Positions 46,733-52,869 of a stretch of 52,869 nucleotides of DNA are shown piece by piece. The DNA comes from a bacterium (GTDB taxonomy: Bacteria; Patescibacteriota; Minisyncoccia; CAIUEV01): positions 1-52,869 of the forward strand of contig JAJYBC010000001.1 of assembly GCA_021779255.1 (NCBI GenBank), written 5' to 3'. Below the pieces are notes generated by a model. It did no database searches and had not been told where the DNA came from. It was given only the letters and a program-made list of their open reading frames with translations. The translations under genes and the position numbers were made by a program. Numbering within the stretch: the first letter of the stretch is position 1; the number at the start of each line of letters is the position of its first letter.

Positions 46733-49714
46733 ATGGGAGCTTACAATCCTCAAAAAATCGAACCGAAATGGCAAAAATTTTGGGAGAAGAATAGACAACT
46801 TTGCGAAGTTGAGGAAAAAAGTAAAAAACCCAAATTTTATTGTCTCTCAATGTTTCCTTACCCTTCTGGGGAAGGGTTGCATGTTGGTCATGTAGAATCG
46901 TATACAGCGACTGATATTTATGCGCGAACAAAAAGGATGCAAGGCTTTAATGTTCTTTTTCCTATGGGTTGGGACGCTTTTGGCCTACCAGCCGAGAACT
47001 ATGCTATTAAAATTAAAACTCATCCGGCCGATTCAACTAAAAAAAGTATTTTTAAATTTAAAAATCAAATTAAGTCATTAGGTCTTAGCTATGATTGGAG
47101 CAGAGAGATTAATAGCTCCGATGAAGAATATTATAAATGGACTCAATGGTTTTTTCTCTTATTATACAAAAGGGGGCTGGCTTATAAGAAAAAAGCTAAG
47201 GCTAATTGGTGTCCTCATTGTCAAACAACTCTAGCTAACGAACAAGTGGTGAATGGTCGTTGCGAAAGATGCGAAACAGAAGTTTTTCAAAAAAATTTAG
47301 ATCAATGGTTCTTTCGTATTACCAAATACGCCGATTCTTTGCTGGAAGATTTGAATTTAGTTGATTGGCCGGAAAATTTAAAAGAAATTCAACGTAATTG
47401 GATCGGAAGAAGTCAAGGGATGGAAATTGTTTTTGACTTGAAAAAAATTCGCAAGACGGATGAAAAATTTTTGGATAATTCCAAATTCAATAATTTGGAA
47501 ATTGCTTTGGCGCTCAAAAAATATCCCACGGTAGCTAAAATTAAAGTTTTTACGACTCGGCCGGATACTTTATCCGGTTCGACTTTTATGGTTTTAGCTC
47601 CTGATGGAATTGCTACTAAAAAATTGGAAAAATATATTAGTAATAAATCTCAATTAAAAGCTTACCAGCTTAGCGCTACCAAGAAAAATGAGTTACAAAG
47701 GACTGAATTTAATCGGGATAAATCAGGGATTGCTTTGCAGGGATTGGTAGCTGTTAATCCCATTAACGGCAAACCGATTTCTCTTTGGGCGGCCGATTAC
47801 GTAATGGGAGACTATGGATCCGGAGCTATTATGGCTGTCCCAGCTCATGACAGTCGTGATTTTGAATTTGCTTTTCGGCACAATCTTCCGATTGAGCGTG
47901 TTATTTATCAAGAAGAAAGATCTTTGGCTTTTTTAAATCTTTCCTTTATTCAAAATCCAAAAGAAGTTATAACCGAGCTAAAAAAATTTAATCTCTATTC
48001 CCTTCTCTTGGACGATAAAGGTTTTAAAGTCGAACTCTATAAATCTTCTAGTAGTTTGCCTTATGGTTTGATTGTTGAAATGAAAAACGAACAAGAAGTT
48101 ACTGAGTATATTAATTTAATTCAAGCTCAATTGAAGAAAATTTTTTGGAGTGAAATTGTTGGAGGTAAATATTGGCAATTTGTTTTTTCGGAAAAAGTTC
48201 TGAAAGATAATTCCGAAGAAAATTTAGCGGAGATTCAAAAAAAATTAAAAAAAGCTTTAAAAGTTTTAAAAAGAAGAAAAAGCTTTGATCCCCGAACTGC
48301 TTTATTGGAAAAAGCAATTAGAAGAAAATTTTTCTTTTCCGATTATGTCGGTTGGACGATTCCAGCCGGTCTTTTCCGAGATTATGTTTGCTATGCCGGT
48401 AAAAAAGGCCGACTTTTCAACTCAACTTTTTTGGATGGAATGAGCGTCGAGAAAGGTTGGCAAAGTATGGCGGACTGGCTGGTAGAAAGAAATCTGGGAC
48501 GACGAGTTAAAAATTATCATTTGCGAGATTGGTTAGTTTCTCGCCAGCGTTATTGGGGAGCGCCAATCCCGATGATTTATTGTGAAAAATGTGGTTTAGT
48601 GCCGGTGCCAGAAAAAGATTTACCCGTTCGGTTACCGGCCAAAGTGGATTTTGTACCCACCGGAGAATCTCCTCTTAAAAATTTAAAATCTTTTTCCAAG
48701 ACAACTTGTCCTAAATGTGGCGGTGAAGCGGAAAGAGAAACGGATACTATGGATACTTTCGTTTGCTCCAGTTGGTATTTTTTCCGCTATTGTGATCCAA
48801 AAAATGAGAAAGAGTTTGCTTCGCAGGAAAGAATCCGTCGTTTGATGCCCGTTAATCTTTACATTGGCGGAGTGGAACATGCTGTTTTGCATCTATTATA
48901 TAGCCGTTTTTTCACTAAGGTTTTACAAGAGGCGGGCTATGTGGACTTTTCGGAACCTTTTTTGAAAGTTCGTAATCAAGGTATTATTTTAGGACCAGAC
49001 CATAATAAAATGTCTAAGAGTAAAGGTAATGTTATTAATCCAGATGAAATTGTAAATAAATTGGGTGCAGACACACTTAGGATTTACGAGATGTTTATGG
49101 GACCGCTGGAAGAAATGAAACCTTGGGATACAAAAGGTATTTCCGGCGCGCGTCGCTTTTTGGAAAAAATTTGGCAATTACAGGAGAAAGTTCAGAAAGA
49201 AGCACCCGATTTTGAAGATAGGATGTCAACAAAAGATTCTCAAGATGATTTAAAGGCCAAAAAATTACTTCATCAAACAATTCAAAAAGTAAGTCGTGAT
49301 ATTGAAAACTTAGCTTTCAATACGGCAATTAGCCAGATGATGATTTTAATTAACGCTTGGAAAAATTTAGTGAAAATTTCCGTGATTGATTTTGAGTTTT
49401 TTTTAAAAATTCTTGCTCCCTTTGCGCCTCATTTAGTTGAAGAAATTTGGCAAAATTTAGAGCATAAGAAGAGTATTTTTGAAGAAGAATGGCCACGACC
49501 GATAGAAGAATTTTTAAAGAACAAAGATGTCTTAGTAGCAGTTCAAATTAACGGAAAAAAGAGAGGAACAATCACTTTGCCGGTGGAAATTTCCGAAAAT
49601 GAAGTGCGAGAAACAGTTTTGAATTTGCCTCCTCTTAAAAAGTTTTTAGAAGGAAAGTTGATTCGTCGTTGGGTTTATATCCCAGGGAAAATTATTAATT
49701 TGGTTGTGAATTAA
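46733..49714 (+). CDS. leuS: leucyl-tRNA synthetase with insertions
   Basis: MFPYPSG..HVGH, GWDAFGLPAEN, TTRPDT, VPAHD, SRQRYWG, KMSKS. Confidence 0.98.
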   Translation: MGAYNPQKIEPKWQKFWEKNRQLCEVEEKSKKPKFYCLSMFPYPSGEGLHVGHVESYTATDIYARTKRMQGFNVLFPMGWDAFGLPAENYAIKIKTHPADSTKKSIFKFKNQIKSLGLSYDWSREINSSDEEYYKWTQWFFLLLYKRGLAYKKKAKANWCPHCQTTLANEQVVNGRCERCETEVFQKNLDQWFFRITKYADSLLEDLNLVDWPENLKEIQRNWIGRSQGMEIVFDLKKIRKTDEKFLDNSKFNNLEIALALKKYPTVAKIKVFTTRPDTLSGSTFMVLAPDGIATKKLEKYISNKSQLKAYQLSATKKNELQRTEFNRDKSGIALQGLVAVNPINGKPISLWAADYVMGDYGSGAIMAVPAHDSRDFEFAFRHNLPIERVIYQEERSLAFLNLSFIQNPKEVITELKKFNLYSLLLDDKGFKVELYKSSSSLPYGLIVEMKNEQEVTEYINLIQAQLKKIFWSEIVGGKYWQFVFSEKVLKDNSEENLAEIQKKLKKALKVLKRRKSFDPRTALLEKAIRRKFFFSDYVGWTIPAGLFRDYVCYAGKKGRLFNSTFLDGMSVEKGWQSMADWLVERNLGRRVKNYHLRDWLVSRQRYWGAPIPMIYCEKCGLVPVPEKDLPVRLPAKVDFVPTGESPLKNLKSFSKTTCPKCGGEAERETDTMDTFVCSSWYFFRYCDPKNEKEFASQERIRRLMPVNLYIGGVEHAVLHLLYSRFFTKVLQEAGYVDFSEPFLKVRNQGIILGPDHNKMSKSKGNVINPDEIVNKLGADTLRIYEMFMGPLEEMKPWDTKGISGARRFLEKIWQLQEKVQKEAPDFEDRMSTKDSQDDLKAKKLLHQTIQKVSRDIENLAFNTAISQMMILINAWKNLVKISVIDFEFFLKILAPFAPHLVEEIWQNLEHKKSIFEEEWPRPIEEFLKNKDVLVAVQINGKKRGTITLPVEISENEVRETVLNLPPLKKFLEGKLIRRWVYIPGKIINLVVN

Positions 49715-50146
49715 ATTTTTACGATTACGAGAAAAAATACCCTTATATTCGAGTTCCCTTTTTTCATTTAGATAAAAATAAAAAGAGCTGATTTCTTGAT
49801 CACGTAAGATGAAAGAGGGACTACGAATAGCCTTATCCTGCCAATTTATTTGAAGAGAGACAGCTTGTCCGGGATAAATATTTTCAAAAACACCATACTG
49901 TCCCAGAGCTTTTTCTTGCAAAATATTTTTGATAAAAAGCTGAGCGACTACTGACTCATTTTTTGTTACTCCTTTAACGGAATAAAAAATTAAAGGCCCA
50001 TTTTCGTTTGGGCCTTGAGCTTGAGTATCGATATCAATTTTCCACCAATCTTCCCTCTCCGTGTAGCGAATGACACTTATTATGATGATAAACGCCAGTG
50101 TTGAACTCCAAAGGATGCGCCAAATTTCTTCGGCCAATTTTTCCAT
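49646..50146 (-). CDS. hypothetical single-TM protein
   Basis: 166-aa ORF; its 3' end overlaps the convergent leuS by 69 bp. Confidence 0.5.
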   Translation of the reverse strand: MEKLAEEIWRILWSSTLAFIIIISVIRYTEREDWWKIDIDTQAQGPNENGPLIFYSVKGVTKNESVVAQLFIKNILQEKALGQYGVFENIYPGQAVSLQINWQDKAIRSPSFILRDQEISSFYFYLNEKRELEYKGIFSRNRKNLIHNQINNFPWDINPTTNQLSF

Positions 50147-50335
50147 AGGCGGAGAGAAAGATAAAAATATTAAAAATTTCTATAAGTTTTCTCCGAACAG
50201 TTTTCTAGGGTAAGCAATTTTATCTTCTTGCTGTCATCTTCTTGAAAAATAATTCGAATATCTCCTTTTCTTATTCTAAAGATATTTTTATGTCCTTTCA
50301 ACTTTTTAATATCTAAATTAGTGTATGTTTATTTT

Positions 50336-51007
50336 TTACGCCAGGGCGAGGTTGGGGGTTTTGAGGACTTCAATGACTTTGCCGTTGATGACGAAGTTAT
50401 CGCCCGGAGTCAAGTAGATCGGTTTGTGGGATTTTTCGGATGATTGAGGAAAGAGACCGATCGTATCTTGATCGATGCGGTGGAATATTTTGATAGTTGC
50501 CAATCCGTCAATGGTGGCTAGAACCTTGTCGCCATCGCGGAAATCTTTACTATCGGAATCGATTAAAACGTAGTCGCCATCCTCGATGCGTCTATTATTA
50601 ATCCTAGCTAAGTCCATTGAATTACCGAAAATTTGAATGGCAAAAAGAGCGTCAGTAATTTTCTTAGTAATAAGTCTTCGAGAAATTTTTAAATAACCCT
50701 CAATATTTTCTTGAGCAAAAAATAACGGAGTGCCGGCGCTGGCCGTTCCTAGAATCGGAACACTACAGAATTTTTTCTTACTTTGATCACAAATTTTGAT
50801 ACTGCGGTTGCCGGAGTCTCTTTGAATAAACCCCTTTTCTTCCAGATGGCGTAAATAAAGAAAAATACTGGCTAAACTTTTGGTTTTGAGTCCCAACCTA
50901 GATACCTCTTTTTGAATTTCTCGAATGGTCGGCATCCGATTTTTTTGGCCGAAATAATTTTTGATGGTTTTGAGAACAAGATCTTCTTTTTTGGTCAAGA
51001 GTCGCAT
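50336..51007 (-). CDS. lexA: LexA-family repressor (wHTH plus S24 peptidase)
   Basis: MPTIREI, VPILGTASAG (Ala-Gly cleavage site), GNSM (Ser), ATIK (Lys). Confidence 0.85.
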   Translation of the reverse strand: MRLLTKKEDLVLKTIKNYFGQKNRMPTIREIQKEVSRLGLKTKSLASIFLYLRHLEEKGFIQRDSGNRSIKICDQSKKKFCSVPILGTASAGTPLFFAQENIEGYLKISRRLITKKITDALFAIQIFGNSMDLARINNRRIEDGDYVLIDSDSKDFRDGDKVLATIDGLATIKIFHRIDQDTIGLFPQSSEKSHKPIYLTPGDNFVINGKVIEVLKTPNLALA

Positions 51008-51024
51008 AATATTTTGTTCACTTG

Positions 51025-51074
51025 TTTAATAAAACTTATACTTTTATTAAAAAGGAAAAAATATATCTTGTCAA
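51025..51074 (-). promoter_or_regulatory. lexA promoter with overlapping inverted repeat
   Basis: TTGACA-17-TTTAAT; TTTAATAAAA-N7-TTTTATTAAA covers the -10 and start region. Confidence 0.55.
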
Positions 51075-51086
51075 ATTTTTAAGAAT

Positions 51087-51962
51087 TTAGTTTTTACGAC
51101 ACGTTAGAAACTCAATGTAGGGAGCGTTGGTACCGGGAGCAGAGCCAGCGTTATAGATTCCGATGCCAGTTCCCGATCCGTAGATTCCGATACCTGTAGT
51201 TGAATATTCTGTGGTATGCCAATATACTCCAGCGTTTGAGCCACCACCATTATGAGTCCATCCCCATCCACCAGAAAAATTCCCCCAATGTGCATGTCCC
51301 GGATCGTAAACCCCATGTGCATGTCCTGGATCATAAACTCCGTGTGAGTGAAGTCCGATAGCTCGATTCTCTCCATCCCCCAAGGGTTGTCCCACTGTTA
51401 AATTCTTGTTGGCAGAGTTTTGAGTTCCCACCAGGTATCTGCCCTTGGCAGCCGGAACTTCACTCCAACCGGCGGGACAAGTAGTGAGGTCAAAATAAGC
51501 AATTGTTCCAGAGGGAGTGCTATCGCCACCGACTAATTCCCAAGAGGAACCATTATACATATTCATTTTTTTGGTATCTGTGTTGACAATAACTAATCCC
51601 AGTTGCGGTGAAATAATTGCATCTCTCTGTGCTGTGGTCATGCGAGGAGGTAAGAAGCCATTGCTGGTTGTTTCAATATTTAATCCAGTAGCCCGAATAG
51701 TGCCATTAACATCCAGAGTGGCTTGCGGATTATTGGTGCCAATTCCAACTAATCCTCTCTCGACAATTAAACCCAGAGTAGCTCCACCAGTGTTCAAAAT
51801 TAAACCTCCGGTTTTGATTTGGCCGGCGTTGCCAGTGTTAAGTGGCGCCGCAATATTGCCACCTGGTGGCATTTGATCAGGCTCTACCCAAGCTTTGGCG
51901 TAGAGGGTAAAAATAATCGCGAGAAAAGTAAACAAAAAAAGAAATTTTATTTTTTTAGGCAT
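51087..51962 (-). CDS. secreted fibre/tail-collar-like protein
   Basis: Signal peptide, PPGGNIAAPLNTG, VGIGTNNP, PRMTTAQRDAI, PSGTIAYF..CPAGW, HxHGVYDPGH repeats. ATG at 51962. Confidence 0.7.
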   Translation of the reverse strand: MPKKIKFLFLFTFLAIIFTLYAKAWVEPDQMPPGGNIAAPLNTGNAGQIKTGGLILNTGGATLGLIVERGLVGIGTNNPQATLDVNGTIRATGLNIETTSNGFLPPRMTTAQRDAIISPQLGLVIVNTDTKKMNMYNGSSWELVGGDSTPSGTIAYFDLTTCPAGWSEVPAAKGRYLVGTQNSANKNLTVGQPLGDGENRAIGLHSHGVYDPGHAHGVYDPGHAHWGNFSGGWGWTHNGGGSNAGVYWHTTEYSTTGIGIYGSGTGIGIYNAGSAPGTNAPYIEFLTCRKN

Positions 51963-51980
51963 TTTTAGACTCAAAAAAAG

Positions 51981-52679
51981 TTATTTATTGTTATTAATAT
52001 TAATGTTTGAATCCAGGGGCGGGGCATTTTCTGAGGGAACGTCTGAAATAACAACTAAAATCTTTTTTCCGCTTCCCGAAGGATCGCCTTGATAGGTTAC
52101 TTGATTTCCAACAGCTAGATCTTTCCAAGAAATTGCTTCTTCGACAAAAGGGCTTAATGTTTTATCCTCCGCCAATTGTTTGTTTTCCTCTGATGGCTCG
52201 GCAATGACATTAGGGTTTTGCTCGTACTTTTTCTGCATTTCTTCTTGAATTTGTTTGGCTTTTTCCGCGTTAAAATCAGGATTTTTAATTAACTTTTTAA
52301 TTTCATCTACTTGATTTTTCGTCACTTCTTTATCAATTTCTTGTTGCTGGTTTCCGGGAGAATAAATAGGAGAAAGAGTGACTGTAATTTTCTCCGAGCT
52401 TACCTCCTTGATTTTTCCAATGACTTGATTTTCCGGAATTTTTACTTCTTGATTGCTGACTTTTCCGGGATTTTGAATTATTTTTTGAGAATTTTCTGTT
52501 TTTGAGGGAATAATAGCAGATATATTTTTTTTGAAAGAAAAATACATAAAAATTATTCCTAAAAGTAGGATTATAACAAGTATAAACAGAACAATTATCA
52601 ACTTTTTTTGCTTCAATACTTCATTGTTTCCCTGTACGTTTGGATTCAAGTTTGGGCTTGAGTTTACTTCTGGTTCCAT
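51981..52679 (-). CDS. single-TM hypothetical protein
   Basis: 232 aa; N-terminal TM, then GKIKEVS..LAVGNQV beta-barrel-like segment. Confidence 0.7.
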   Translation of the reverse strand: MEPEVNSSPNLNPNVQGNNEVLKQKKLIIVLFILVIILLLGIIFMYFSFKKNISAIIPSKTENSQKIIQNPGKVSNQEVKIPENQVIGKIKEVSSEKITVTLSPIYSPGNQQQEIDKEVTKNQVDEIKKLIKNPDFNAEKAKQIQEEMQKKYEQNPNVIAEPSEENKQLAEDKTLSPFVEEAISWKDLAVGNQVTYQGDPSGSGKKILVVISDVPSENAPPLDSNININNNK

Positions 52680-52718
52680 CGAGATTATTTTATTGATTTA
52701 AGACTTAAGCATTTTATA

Positions 52719-52869
52719 TCAATTTTTGCGACACGTTAGAAACTCAATGTAGGGAGCGTTGGTACCGGGAGCAGAGCCAGCATTATTTATTCCGATACCC
52801 GTTCCCGATCCATAAATTCCAATATTACTTCCTGATCCATAAATTCCAATACCAACTCCTCTTTTATCA
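52719..52869 (-). CDS. 3' end of a paralogue of the 51087 fibre protein (partial)
   Basis: Not in the ORF track. Reads ..GIGIYGSGSNIGIYGSGTGIGINNAGSAPGTNAPYIEFLTCRKN*. Confidence 0.88.
   Translation of the reverse strand, partial: DKRGVGIGIYGSGSNIGIYGSGTGIGINNAGSAPGTNAPYIEFLTCRKN

Noticed and set aside
51087..52869. Diversity-generating retroelement TR/VR pair
   Set aside because: Mismatches between the copies are mainly C/T third-position changes rather than adenine-specific, both copies are coding ends, and no reverse transcriptase is in the window.
1..52869. Alternative genetic code (TGA=Gly, code 25)
   Set aside because: Long conserved genes are intact under code 11 and TGA serves as a stop (e.g. 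thrS).

Overview
AT-rich bacterial chromosome segment using genetic code 11. The gene set (DUF4012 protein, pilC, short uvrC, FemAB-type ligase, small secreted fibre-like proteins) suggests a Patescibacteria/CPR (Parcubacteria-like) organism; this is inference. The left end (1-5100) is an island-like block downstream of tRNA-Gln: a divergent HAD hydrolase and a four-gene operon (HPr-kinase/PCK-like P-loop protein, MshA-like GT4, nucleotidyltransferase, threonine-synthase-like PLP enzyme) with a 13-bp tandem repeat in its leader. The rest is mostly housekeeping: CIRCE-controlled groES without an adjacent groEL, an EmrAB-like efflux operon, recJ, infC-rpmI-rplT, tmRNA, five tRNAs, murJ, pyrG, thrS, uvrABC interrupted by two toxin-antitoxin pairs, rubrerythrin, yqgF, nrdD, leuS and lexA. 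Notable unannotated signals: a strand-polarised 13-mer (AGTGTCGCATAAT) with a dif-like palindromic form, a 52-bp perfect REP-type palindrome read in frame inside uvrC, REPs with one arm tandemly amplified, a 6S-like RNA, an NrdD lacking its glycyl-radical C-terminus, and inverted tRNA-Glu duplicates flanking the tmRNA-infC-rpmI-rplT block. All product calls come from motif recognition by eye; no searches were run.
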